Notes: generated by a model from the letters alone, not told the origin. Counted from the first letter of the stretch, positions 45,255 to 54,700 are shown. The stretch is 64,000 nucleotides of DNA from Aulosira sp. ZfuVER01 (GCA_034530615.2 JAVRCV020000037.1:29942-93941); one strand, 5' to 3'. Translations and numbers: made by a program.

Positions 45255-46420
45255 GCATTAATTAAAGCTTCGCCTGCAAATTGCCAAGTATAATACTCTT
45301 CAATTCGCTGACGAGCTTTTATCGCTAGTTGCATTGCTAGTTCTGGGTCATTTTGCAAGCGTAACACAGCATCTTTAATAGACTTTGCTGAACCTGGCTT
45401 GACTAACAAAAAATGTACTCCGTCTTCTCCTAATTCCCTAACTACTGGCAAATCACTAGCAATTACAGGTATTCCTGTTGCCATCCCTTCTAAAATTTTC
45501 AGGGGACAACAACCTTGAACTAAATTGCGATCGTTGGGTGTTAACGGTGCCAAAATTACATCAGAAGCGTGGATATGTTCTACCAATTGTGTTTGAGACA
45601 TTGGTGTTAAGATATTTAGCTTGTCTGCCACTCCCAGCTTGAAGGCTAGCTGCTTTATTGCTTTAATTTGATAGTCTCTAGCTTGTCCGATGACTGTTAA
45701 ATAAGCAGGAAATTCTCGGTTTAGCAATGCCAACGCTTCAACAGCTAGATTTACGCCTTGCCAAGGTGAAAGCGTCCCAAAATATATAATTTTTAATAAG
45801 TAGGGCGATGTCAATAAAGATAATTGGCGGGGATTGTCATTTGTAAATACATTTAAATCTACGCCGTTGGGAATTACGCGAATTTTATGTGCAGGTATCC
45901 TTCGATTTTGCAAATATTCGCCTGTAATACTGCTGGGAGTGATAATTAAGTCTGCGGCTTCTAGGCAAATTTGTTCTTGGGAATGCAATTTATGCAGCAG
46001 TTCTCTATCTTCAGCAACGCCAGGATAGCGATATTTTAACTCGATTGAAGGTAAACCGTTAACTTCAAAAACTAGGCGATCGCAATATTTTTCTTTATTG
46101 AGAGCGATTGGGAAACCTTCATAAATCGAACGAATATGTATTACCTCAAATCGCCGTTTTTGCAACCATGCCAAGAGTAAATGACGAAAATATAAAACTC
46201 TTTGAATTAAAGTATCACCTATTGCGGGTAATGTCGTTTGTATAACTTGCGCATAAATTTCATAGCTATCTAAACTTGTAGCTGTCGGAGAAACTGTTAC
46301 TAACTGAATATTATTAAAAGCTGCTGCTAAAGCAATAGAAAAAGCCGCAATATGGATTGCTGCACCCTTCGGCGCGGGAACAGTATCAAAAGCGATATAA
46401 GCGATTTTTGATTGGGTCAT
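45215..46420 (-). CDS. Glycosyltransferase family 4
   Basis: VIPNGVD, YFGTLSPWQG, CCPLKILEGMATG. Confidence 0.88.
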   Translation of the reverse strand: MTQSKIAYIAFDTVPAPKGAAIHIAAFSIALAAAFNNIQLVTVSPTATSLDSYEIYAQVIQTTLPAIGDTLIQRVLYFRHLLLAWLQKRRFEVIHIRSIYEGFPIALNKEKYCDRLVFEVNGLPSIELKYRYPGVAEDRELLHKLHSQEQICLEAADLIITPSSITGEYLQNRRIPAHKIRVIPNGVDLNVFTNDNPRQLSLLTSPYLLKIIYFGTLSPWQGVNLAVEALALLNREFPAYLTVIGQARDYQIKAIKQLAFKLGVADKLNILTPMSQTQLVEHIHASDVILAPLTPNDRNLVQGCCPLKILEGMATGIPVIASDLPVVRELGEDGVHFLLVKPGSAKSIKDAVLRLQNDPELAMQLAIKARQRIEEYYTWQFAGEALINAYTELGIKRAIKV

Positions 46421-46598
46421 TAACCTATATAAATTTCGTTGACACGTAATTTTGTGTTTGGTATACTGACGGACACCTTGTATATATTATTGCGAATTAA
46501 ATTTAATAATAACTTAAATTAAGTTAATAAAATTATATATCAACAAAAATTACCAGTATAAATCTCTATTTAAACTGCATTTATGGAGTTTTAATAAA

Positions 46599-47510
46599 AT
46601 GTCTATTGAATTGCAAACATTAAGAAAAAATCATATTTATACGGCAAAAGCAACAGTTAGTAGTGTCATGGCTGATTTGCAGGAAATAGCAGGAATCGAT
46701 CGGCTTGCAGAGCTACAGCAAAGTAAACATGGGAAACGAGCGCTTTACTATTTTTTAGCGATTATTGGCGCACTTTTACTAATTGTTGTTTTATCTATTT
46801 TAAAGATTGAAACCACAATATTAGGTTTAGGAATCATCCTGCTACTTTTGGGTATTTTTATTTTAACGATTTTGCTGATTTATGAATTGTTCAAAAAAAT
46901 CAAGTTTGGCAGATTGAATGTTATCAATTATCGCTATGAAGTAACTCAGCGCGTTGTGCAAATGCTAGCAAGAGATATAGATGAATCTAGCGAAATTGAA
47001 TTAACACTATCTTTTAAACCTACAGTAACTAAAGAAAATAAAGCAGAAATCATACCCCATCTTAGTAAAACCAACTGGAAGATAGATAAATATCAACATG
47101 AATGGTTGAGATTAAAAGGGCAGTTTTTAGATAAAACTCGCTTTTTAGTAACTGCTACTGAACTATCTAAAACTCAATATGGCTGGAAACGTGGCAGGAG
47201 TGGTAAAAGTAAGTATAAATCAAAAAGAAATTCTGTAGGATTAGATGTAGTTTTAAATTTAAACTATCCCCAACGCCGCTATGGAGCAGTGAAGATTTTA
47301 CAAAATGAAGTTAGCAATGCGGTCAAGTTGCCTAATCTATCTTATATGAAAGGATTAAAGGTGACAGAGAAGGCAATGTATATGATTGTCAGAATTGCTC
47401 CACAGGTAGCAGATAATTCAGAAGAGATATATCAAACAATTACGATGATGTTTCTCAGTTTTTATCAAGTGTTAAATTTAGCAAAAGTGCTTTCTAAAGA
47501 ATCAAGATAA
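46599..47510 (+). CDS. Hypothetical membrane protein (2 TM)
   Basis: 303-aa ORF with a hydrophobic hairpin and the basic motif WKRGRSGKSKYKSKR. Confidence 0.7.
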   Translation: MSIELQTLRKNHIYTAKATVSSVMADLQEIAGIDRLAELQQSKHGKRALYYFLAIIGALLLIVVLSILKIETTILGLGIILLLLGIFILTILLIYELFKKIKFGRLNVINYRYEVTQRVVQMLARDIDESSEIELTLSFKPTVTKENKAEIIPHLSKTNWKIDKYQHEWLRLKGQFLDKTRFLVTATELSKTQYGWKRGRSGKSKYKSKRNSVGLDVVLNLNYPQRRYGAVKILQNEVSNAVKLPNLSYMKGLKVTEKAMYMIVRIAPQVADNSEEIYQTITMMFLSFYQVLNLAKVLSKESR

Positions 47511-48181
47511 TGAACATTCTAATTTTGAGAAGTTTGGTGACATTATTTTTAATCGCTACTATGATTAGCTGTGGTAGCGGTAAGTTGGGAAACAATGTAT
47601 CTAATTCAAGTATTTCTCAAAATACACCAGTTGCTACTAATGTTGCGACAAAGCAAGAGAAAATTAAATTTAAGAATGAGGAAGGTACTGATTTATTTTC
47701 TCTGAAGCAAGAAGCAGATGGAGCTAAATTAATTGATGGAAAAAACCAAGAGTTAGCCAGAATTAAAGCAGATAAATCAGGAAAAATCAAGATTAAAAAC
47801 GCATCGGAGAAAGTCTTAGGTTATGTGGTAACTGAAAAAGGCTATTGGAAGCTAAAAGATGCTAACCAAAGCAAAGATCTATATATTCTCAGACGGCAGA
47901 ATGATGGTGATTATAAGTTAGAAGATACTGCCAAAAAAGAAGTTTATCGCATCAAGGCACGCAATGACGGGTTTGAAATAGAAACTTCAGATAAAAAGTC
48001 TGTATACCAGGTGAAAGTGAAAGAAGGGAAAACTTCTTTAAGAAACCCAACCTCAAAAATAATTTTCTCCACCAAATCTCAGTTATCACCTATTGCATTT
48101 ACCTGCTTTGGATTTGATGTTCTCACCCGTGAACAGCAGGCAGCTTTGGCTTATGCTGTCAATTTAACAGGAGGAAAATAA
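47510..48181 (+). CDS. Putative lipoprotein with beta-hairpin repeats
   Basis: Lipobox-like MISC; about seven 20-22 aa repeats; TAATG stop/start coupling with the upstream gene. Confidence 0.7.
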   Translation: MNILILRSLVTLFLIATMISCGSGKLGNNVSNSSISQNTPVATNVATKQEKIKFKNEEGTDLFSLKQEADGAKLIDGKNQELARIKADKSGKIKIKNASEKVLGYVVTEKGYWKLKDANQSKDLYILRRQNDGDYKLEDTAKKEVYRIKARNDGFEIETSDKKSVYQVKVKEGKTSLRNPTSKIIFSTKSQLSPIAFTCFGFDVLTREQQAALAYAVNLTGGK

Positions 48182-48184
48182 GCT

Positions 48185-48793
48185 TTGCAGATTCAGCTAA
48201 CTTGGATAGATCCCAATACAGAAGAACGGAGAGAACCATTATTAGAAACTCCAGTAGCTATTGGGCGAGTATTTGAGGAAATGCCACAACAAATGAATGG
48301 GCAACGAGTTTCTAGAGTGGCGATCGCAGATGATCTAATTGCAGATTACCATGCTTTGATTGACTGGCAAAACCAAGAATTAACTATTACTGAGCAAAAT
48401 ACCAGCAGTGGCATCAAAATTAATGCAGTACAGGTAACTGCTGGTATCCTTCAAAATGGCGATCGCATTACCATTGGTGCTTGTGAAATCGTGGTAAACT
48501 TTACACCTACAGCCTGGGAGTGCGATCGCATGGTAGGCTTCCTGTTTAAACGTCGTTGTGGACGTACCGATAGAACAGGTTGTCCTGATTGTAACCAAAC
48601 CTACGAAAATGACTACGCTTTTTACTCCGACTATGGTCATTATCGATCAGGATGGGGGCGTGATTATTATGATGAGCGAGATCGCTACTCTTATGACTCC
48701 GAAACTGGCAATGTAGACTTTACAGAAGCCGATTCTGTGAGTTTAGAAGATGAAAGAGATGGTGATTTTGAACGTAATATGGGAGCAAGTTAA
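48185..48793 (+). CDS. FHA-domain protein with a Cys4 motif and acidic tail
   Basis: VAIGR...YHA...LQNGDRITIG FHA pattern; C-x11-C-x7-C-x2-C; Asp/Tyr-rich C-terminus. Confidence 0.7.
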   Translation: MQIQLTWIDPNTEERREPLLETPVAIGRVFEEMPQQMNGQRVSRVAIADDLIADYHALIDWQNQELTITEQNTSSGIKINAVQVTAGILQNGDRITIGACEIVVNFTPTAWECDRMVGFLFKRRCGRTDRTGCPDCNQTYENDYAFYSDYGHYRSGWGRDYYDERDRYSYDSETGNVDFTEADSVSLEDERDGDFERNMGAS

Positions 48794-48846
48794 AAAATTC
48801 AAAATTTAAGAATAGATTTTTTATTTGGAGAAAAAGTAACCGAATA

Positions 48847-49866
48847 TTGACTAAAACTTGGTTAATATACGCCTTGGGTGGCGGTTGGGGACATCTGAAT
48901 CGCGCTTTATCTTTGGGTAGATTGGCTGCAAATCAAAGAAAAGTGAAAATTATTACGAATAGTCCCTATGCACACCAAATAGATAACGAAGGGTGTTTTA
49001 TTTATGTAATTCCTGAGAATGCCGGGTTTTCAGAAACCTGCTTGCAAGTCAGGGAAATATTGTGTAACACTTCCTACAATCGCTTAATTATCGATACTTT
49101 CCCCAGAGGGTTGGGGGGTGAGTTAGCAGATATATTACCGAATTTACGCCATATACCACAAATTTTGATTCATCGGGATATTAAACCACGCTATATAGCC
49201 ACTAAGAAATTACGGTCTTTTGTGATCGACAACTTTGATAAGGTGATTGTCCCAGGTGAAGGTGAAGATTTACCATTTTGTGATTTACCGATGGTGCAGC
49301 ATACAGCACCGTGGTTAATTCGCAACTATTGGGAGTTACCGGATAGAATTACTATGCGATCGCGTATCCTCAGAGTCGATCAATTTGTAAAAACTATCCT
49401 TGTTTGTGTAGCAGGTAAAAAATCAGAATTGCCTTTATTTGGACAATTGGCACTACACCTACAGCAAAAATTTCCTGATTGTGCAGTCAGAATTTTAGCT
49501 GCTACTTGTCCAAGAGAATGTCCAGAAACCTTATGGGTGTCTCACCATCCAGGAATTGAATGTATAGCAGCTGCTGATGTTGTAGTAGGAGGCGCAGGTT
49601 ACAACACAGTTTACGAATGTGCTGCTGTGGGTGTACCTTTAGTAGCGTTGGCTTTAGATCGACTCTACGATCGCCAAGAAAGAAGAGCTTACAAGAGTTA
49701 TGGGGTGCAAAATATAGCTGATGTGCTATTTGACGACCAGCTACTATGCATCGACCAGACTGTTAGCTTACTCTTAGAGCAAGCAGAACCAGGAAAAAAT
49801 TCATCTGTGCCATCTTATATTAACGGTGCTGTGCAAGCAGTGGATCGGATTGAGCAAACCCAATAG
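48847..49866 (+). CDS. GT-B fold glycosyltransferase-like protein (GT28/MurG-like motifs)
   Basis: ALGGGWGHLNR, IDTFPRG, ADVVVGGAGYNTVYE, YDRQ. Confidence 0.7.
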   Translation: MTKTWLIYALGGGWGHLNRALSLGRLAANQRKVKIITNSPYAHQIDNEGCFIYVIPENAGFSETCLQVREILCNTSYNRLIIDTFPRGLGGELADILPNLRHIPQILIHRDIKPRYIATKKLRSFVIDNFDKVIVPGEGEDLPFCDLPMVQHTAPWLIRNYWELPDRITMRSRILRVDQFVKTILVCVAGKKSELPLFGQLALHLQQKFPDCAVRILAATCPRECPETLWVSHHPGIECIAAADVVVGGAGYNTVYECAAVGVPLVALALDRLYDRQERRAYKSYGVQNIADVLFDDQLLCIDQTVSLLLEQAEPGKNSSVPSYINGAVQAVDRIEQTQ

Positions 49867-50064
49867 CTCATACTGTTGCTCGTTATTCAAGATTCAAACA
49901 ACTGACGAATTCCAGGTTTTTCGTCCCTTTTAACTGGTAATAATCAGCCCTAGAGTAGTAGGAATTGTTATTGAGTACATATTATACAAACTAATTACTA
50001 TTTCACCCTTCCCAAATTTAAAATCTCAAATCTAAAATCTAAAAGTTCTACACCTGTACCCATC

Positions 50065-51267
50065 GTGAATCTAAGCCGTCTGATACCAATATTTGATAAT
50101 TCCGTCTCTAGCTGGGCTTTAGAGGCGCGGCTGTTGCGCTGGTTAACATTGATTTGGCTGTTTGTCGGCTTAATTATGCTGTTTTCAGCATCTTACACGG
50201 TTGCTGCCGCACGTCAGAGTGATGGGCTGTATTACTTTAAGCGTCAAATCCTGTGGGTTTTAGTTTCGTTAATTTTATTCAATATTATTGTGCATCTCCC
50301 TTTAAAGAAAATTGTGGGAGTAGCCCATTGGTTTTTGATATTTTTTTTGCTCTTAATTTTCCTCACTCTTGTACCAGGAATGGGAAAAAAGGCATTTGAT
50401 GCAGCGCGCTGGATAGCTATCGGGCCAATTCCTATTCAACCTTCAGAACTGATTAAACCCTTTTTGGTACTACAAAGTGCGCGACTATTTGGCCAGTGGG
50501 AAAAGCTAAGTTGGCGGGTTCGGTTTACTTGGTTGGGAATTTTTGGTCTTGTACTTTTGGGAATTCTTGCCCAGCCTAACTTGAGTACAACAGCACTCTG
50601 CGGTACAACTATCTGGCTAGTTGCTTTAGCAGCAGGATTACCTTACAAGTACCTGGGGGGAACAGCAGTTGGTGGAGTTTTGTTAGCGTTACTGAGTATT
50701 AGCATCAAGGAGTACCAGCGCAAACGGGTGATGTCATTTATGAATCCTTGGGCTGATGCGACAGGAGATGGCTACCAGCTAGTACAAAGTTTGCTAGCAG
50801 TAGGTTCTGGTCGAACTTGGGGTTCAGGGTTTGGGCTTTCTCAACAAAAACTGTTTTATCTGCCAATTCAAGACACTGATTTTATCTTTGCGGTATTCGC
50901 TGAAGAATTTGGCTTTGTTGGCAGTATAGTTTTGTTAATTTTGTTAGCTTTATTTGCAACTTTAGGATTAATGGTGGCGCTAAAGGCTAAAAATCCAGTA
51001 TCTCGGCTGGTAGCGATTGGTATAACCATTGTCATGGTAGGACAATCATTGCTACATATTGGGGTGGCTACAGGTGCCCTACCCACTACTGGCTTACCGT
51101 TACCCATGTTTAGCTATGGTGGGAATTCCATGATTTCCAGTCTAGTGGCCGCTGGGTTATTGATTCGGGTAGCACGAGAGAGTAGTGAAGCAGATGTAGT
51201 TCCATTGCGAACAAACCAGCCTGAATCTCAGCGTCAGCGCCGGATTTTCAAGAGAACTAAAGTTTAA
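50065..51267 (+). CDS. ftsW: SEDS family peptidoglycan polymerase FtsW
   Basis: ARWI, IQPSELIK, QPNLST, GYQLVQSL, TDFIFAVFAEEFG, PTTGLPLPMFSYGG. Confidence 0.88.
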   Translation: MNLSRLIPIFDNSVSSWALEARLLRWLTLIWLFVGLIMLFSASYTVAAARQSDGLYYFKRQILWVLVSLILFNIIVHLPLKKIVGVAHWFLIFFLLLIFLTLVPGMGKKAFDAARWIAIGPIPIQPSELIKPFLVLQSARLFGQWEKLSWRVRFTWLGIFGLVLLGILAQPNLSTTALCGTTIWLVALAAGLPYKYLGGTAVGGVLLALLSISIKEYQRKRVMSFMNPWADATGDGYQLVQSLLAVGSGRTWGSGFGLSQQKLFYLPIQDTDFIFAVFAEEFGFVGSIVLLILLALFATLGLMVALKAKNPVSRLVAIGITIVMVGQSLLHIGVATGALPTTGLPLPMFSYGGNSMISSLVAAGLLIRVARESSEADVVPLRTNQPESQRQRRIFKRTKV

Positions 51268-51309
51268 GTATTTATGGCACCTGTGTAAATCCTATTGATA
51301 TTTTAGGAA

Positions 51310-51828
51310 ATGAGTGAGAGCGATCGCCTGCATACTATCATCCAAGCAGGGCAGAAAGTAAATTTTGTAGATTTAGGCAATTCTTTCTTACCTGCATTTG
51401 AAAAGATTACAAGTGTTCTGGTTGTACCTTTTACCCAGGATGGTTTAATTGTCTGCGCTCTCCTTGACCGTGGCATAGACCTTCCTGGAGGTCATGTGCA
51501 GATAGGCGAATTTACCTGTGAGGAAACCGCCAGACGTGAAGTGATGGAAGAAGTTGGCGTTCATCTGGGTGAATTACAACTTGTAAAAGTTATCCAATCT
51601 GACTATTACGGTAATGAACCCGAGCAATTGACCTACCTTGTAGTGATGACTGGATTTGTTGAGGATATACTTTCTGGCGACTACATCCACGAAAGTTTAG
51701 GCAGAAGCATTATTAATATTGACGAGTTTATCTCACAGTATCAAGCTGGCAATACAGAAGATATGCGCCGCATTGTTCTAGATGCTAAAAGATTACTTTT
51801 TGAAAGTTGCGATCGCAATTCTATTTGA
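51310..51828 (+). CDS. NUDIX hydrolase
   Basis: Nudix box LPGGHVQIGEFTCEETARREVMEEVG. Confidence 0.88.
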   Translation: MSESDRLHTIIQAGQKVNFVDLGNSFLPAFEKITSVLVVPFTQDGLIVCALLDRGIDLPGGHVQIGEFTCEETARREVMEEVGVHLGELQLVKVIQSDYYGNEPEQLTYLVVMTGFVEDILSGDYIHESLGRSIINIDEFISQYQAGNTEDMRRIVLDAKRLLFESCDRNSI

Positions 51829-51850
51829 GTTTTTCGCTACATACTAAAAC

Positions 51851-51885
51851 TCCAACAGTGACAAATTTGTGATGTCGCTGTTGGA
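51851..51885. terminator. Hairpin between convergent genes
   Basis: TCCAACAGTGACA / TGTCGCTGTTGGA stem. Confidence 0.5.
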
Positions 51886-51895
51886 TGACACTCTG

Positions 51896-51933
51896 TGCGA
51901 TGTCTGGCGACAAGAAGCAGAGCTTCTACGCAC
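51896..51933 (+). mobile_element. Small dispersed repeat (SDR-like) inserted in a HIP1 site
   Basis: GCGAT[GTCTGGCGACAAGAAGCAGAGCTTCTA]CGC; removing the bracket restores GCGATCGC. Confidence 0.6.
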
Positions 51934-51998
51934 TTTTGCTAATGGGGTTGATATGGCGATCTCCTCCAGTTAGTGTTTGCATAATCGCCCAACAAGCT

Positions 51999-52217
51999 CT
52001 ATTCTGTCAGAGCATCAAGTTTATCCAGTATTCTTAATCCTTTCTCTGGGTTGCCAGTTGCAGCTATTGCTTTAAATCTTGTATGGGCATCAAATTCTGC
52101 CAGAGCTATGGTAGAAAGTTCTTCAATTAATTTATTGACACTGATACCTTTGGCTTGAGCAAGCTCTTTTAATCTATTATGCTTCTCGTCTGGTAAACGA
52201 ATAGTTAAAGTTGCCAT
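51999..52217 (-). CDS. Ribbon-helix-helix antitoxin (HicB/CopG-like)
   Basis: MATLTIRLPDEKHNRLKELAQAKGISVNKLIEE; adjacent to a PIN fragment. Confidence 0.8.
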   Translation of the reverse strand: MATLTIRLPDEKHNRLKELAQAKGISVNKLIEELSTIALAEFDAHTRFKAIAATGNPEKGLRILDKLDALTE

Positions 52218-52222
52218 TTTTT

Positions 52223-52400
52223 TTAACTCCTAATAATTTCTTCGGGTTTTAATATTGATAAGTTAGGAAATAACAATTCAGAATTTTGGAAATCTTTGAC
52301 ATTGTGAGTGGCAATAATCTGAGCATTTCCCGCAACTGCTAATTCAATTAAGTGATTGTCAGCTTCGTCTTTTAAATTCGGTCGCCATAGATAGTAGATA
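52223..52400 (-). pseudogene. Truncated PIN-domain toxin (C-terminal half only)
   Basis: IYYLWRPNLKDEADNHLIELAVAGNAQIIATHNVKDF is the C-terminal PIN part. I see no N-terminal DT(S/N)V motif, and only about 150 bp separate it from the next gene. Confidence 0.7.
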
Positions 52401-52552
52401 ATGTTGAGAAAACAGCAAAAATAAATATTTGGCAACGACAATTTTTTCTTTGCTAAATTCACGCTACTTTATTAGGATTAAAATTAATTCTTTTATGCAG
52501 AATCCACAAGTTTTGTTTTTAAATTAAGGCTAACCACCTTACTAACAGATAA

Positions 52553-53128
52553 TTAGCTATTTAAGGGAATTTTTGCTTTTTGAAATAACTGTTCAACGGT
52601 AAATTCCAACCCCTCAAATAAGGAATCTGTGAGTAGTTCATCTCCCATAAAGGTCTGTGGTGGTGCATCTGGGTAAAAAACTGTAATGCTTCTGGCTTTA
52701 CTATCTACCACCCACACCCGCAATACCTGAGCATCTAAATAATCTTTGGCTTTAGCCATCATTTGTCCAAAAGTTTGTCCTGGCGAAATAATCTCAATCG
52801 CCAAATCGGGAGGAACAGGACAAGCTTCATCTTCGTTCCAATCTGCGGGTAAACGTTCATTAGAGATATACAAAATATCTGGTGTTGGTACCCAATCTTT
52901 TCCTCGCCGGGTTAATGCTACACCCCACTCTGGACAAACTACACCTTTTCCCTGACACCATTGTTCAATTAGATTCAGAAAGGCGTGGGTAAGCTTGGAA
53001 TGAAAGAACTTTGGTGACATCTTAGGAATTGCTTGGCCATCAACGAGTTCGTAGGTGATATCGCCCTCACCTAAAGGAAGATTTAGGAATTCTTGCAAGG
53101 TAAGTTGATTCTTCGCTTGGAGTATCAT
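52553..53128 (-). CDS. Uma2 family endonuclease-like protein
   Basis: TLQEFL, YELVDG, PTPDI, PDLAIEIISP, VWVVD. Confidence 0.88.
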   Translation of the reverse strand: MILQAKNQLTLQEFLNLPLGEGDITYELVDGQAIPKMSPKFFHSKLTHAFLNLIEQWCQGKGVVCPEWGVALTRRGKDWVPTPDILYISNERLPADWNEDEACPVPPDLAIEIISPGQTFGQMMAKAKDYLDAQVLRVWVVDSKARSITVFYPDAPPQTFMGDELLTDSLFEGLEFTVEQLFQKAKIPLNS

Positions 53129-53181
53129 GGCGCAAATTAGCTAACTGCTAATTTTATTTTGATATCTTCATTTTGAATTGT

Positions 53182-54273
53182 TTACATTCCCTGTAAAACT
53201 TGCCGAATAATATCTGCGGGAACTTCATCAGTAACTGTAACTACACCCATTTGTGTGGGTAAAACAAATCTGACTTTACCTGCTTTCACTTTCTTATCTA
53301 GTTGCAGTGCGTCAATAATGCGTTCAATATCTACCCCAGATGGTAACTGCGTCGGTAAACCCGCTTTTTGAATTAAGGCGTTTTGACGTTCTGTATCTTC
53401 TTTTTGCCACATTCCCAGTTTTAGAGCAATTTGTCCAGCTGCTACCATGCCAATACCCACAGCTTCACCGTGATTGACTAGACGATAGCCAGTCAAGCTT
53501 TCCACAGCATGACCAATGGTGTGACCATAGTTGAGAATCGCCCGCAGTCCAGCTTCTTTCTCATCTTTACTAACGACATCGGCTTTAGCTTGGCAAGAAC
53601 GAGTTAAGATAGCGTCGATTAGTTCCGGTTTAATGTAGCGGAGTTGATTTAGGTGTTTACTCGCTTCCATTTGGGCAAATAATTCAGCATCCCAAATCAC
53701 GCCATACTTGATTACCTCTGCCATTCCCGCGCGGAATTCACGCATGGGCAGAGTTTTCAACACATCTGGGTCAATTAATACTAAGCTTGGCTGATGAAAC
53801 GCCCCAATTAAGTTTTTGCCTTGGGGATGGTTTACGCCTGTTTTACCACCAATTGCTGAATCTACCATTGCTAGTAATGTGGTGGGAACTTGCACGACAT
53901 GAATACCCCGCAGCCAAGTTGCAGCAGCAAAGCCAGCCATATCACCAATCACACCACCACCCAAAGCCACAATTGTAGAGGAACGTTCTAAGCGGTTTTC
54001 TAAGGCTGTATCGTAGAGTTTTTGGATGGAGTTGAGGTTTTTGTAGCGTTCGCCTGCTGGCAAGATACAAGTAACAACATCAAATCCTGCTGCTTCTAAA
54101 GATTTAGTTGCTCTTTCGCCATAATGCTTAAAAATAGTCGGATTAGAAACCAGCAGTACCTTCTTACCTAACTTCAAACTGGTCATTTGTTCGCCCAGTC
54201 TATCTAAGCTTCCAGGTGCGATCGCAATCTCATAAGATTGCTGTGGTAGATTCACTTTAATCACAGAACTCAT
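53182..54273 (-). CDS. aroB: 3-dehydroquinate synthase
   Basis: [39 protein letters not shown]. The likely start is MSSVIKV at 54273. Confidence 0.95.
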   Translation of the reverse strand: MSSVIKVNLPQQSYEIAIAPGSLDRLGEQMTSLKLGKKVLLVSNPTIFKHYGERATKSLEAAGFDVVTCILPAGERYKNLNSIQKLYDTALENRLERSSTIVALGGGVIGDMAGFAAATWLRGIHVVQVPTTLLAMVDSAIGGKTGVNHPQGKNLIGAFHQPSLVLIDPDVLKTLPMREFRAGMAEVIKYGVIWDAELFAQMEASKHLNQLRYIKPELIDAILTRSCQAKADVVSKDEKEAGLRAILNYGHTIGHAVESLTGYRLVNHGEAVGIGMVAAGQIALKLGMWQKEDTERQNALIQKAGLPTQLPSGVDIERIIDALQLDKKVKAGKVRFVLPTQMGVVTVTDEVPADIIRQVLQGM

Positions 54274-54382
54274 TGCCCAGCCCCAAAAACACGCCGTGGG
54301 CTGTATTTTATCGCAATCTGGGTGAGATGAAGAAGCAGGGGGACAAGGGAGTGTGGGGAGAAATGGGACAAGGGAGACAAGG

Positions 54383-54429
54383 AGGAGCCACTGCGTTGGA
54401 CGGGTTTCCCGGCTTGAAGCAAGTGGCGT
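54383..54429. mobile_element. 47-bp SDR-like element flanked by GACAAGG direct repeats
   Basis: GACAAGG (54376-82), then AGGAGCCACTGCGTTGGACGGGTTTCCCGGCTTGAAGCAAGTGGCGT, then GACAAGG (54430-36); internal GCCACT/AGTGGC stem. Confidence 0.65.
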
Positions 54430-54445
54430 GACAAGGCAGAAATTA

Positions 54446-54473
54446 CCAATGCCCAATGCCCAATGCCCAATAC
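54446..54473. repeat. STRR heptamer (CCAATGC)x3 plus a variant
   Basis: Read directly from the sequence. Confidence 0.8.
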
Positions 54474-54524
54474 CCCCTAACTAATGATTCAATAGATTTA
54501 GTGAAGTATTGTGGAGAAAGATAA

Positions 54525-54620
54525 ATGTTTGCAGTTGTAGCTTATGTCGGTTTCTTGGCTTTGTTCGTTGGTATCGCGTCTGGTCTGCTGTTCGGTCTAC
54601 GTGCTGCCAAGATCCTGTAA
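54525..54620 (+). CDS. petL: Cytochrome b6f subunit 6 (PetL)
   Basis: Translated by hand: [31 protein letters not shown] (31 aa), with a GGAG RBS upstream. Too short for the ORF track. Confidence 0.92.
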   Translation: MFAVVAYVGFLALFVGIASGLLFGLRAAKIL

Positions 54621-54637
54621 TCGAGAAAAAATTTAGG

Positions 54638-54688
54638 GTAGGCATATTGCCCACCTTTAAGCTGGGGATAGGCAAGATGCCCATTCCC
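54638..54688. terminator. Paired hairpins between convergent petL and bioB
   Basis: GGTAGGCATATTGCCCACC and GGGATAGGCAAGATGCCCATTCCC. Confidence 0.45.
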
Positions 54689-54700
54689 CTATAATTTCAA

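Noticed and set aside
54274..54456. N-terminal extension of AroB in the ORF track
   Set aside because: It is translation through STRR/SDR repeats; AroB similarity begins at MSSVIKV (54273).
54481..54694. 67-aa and 61-aa ORFs in the track
   Set aside because: Shadows of petL on the other strand or frame.
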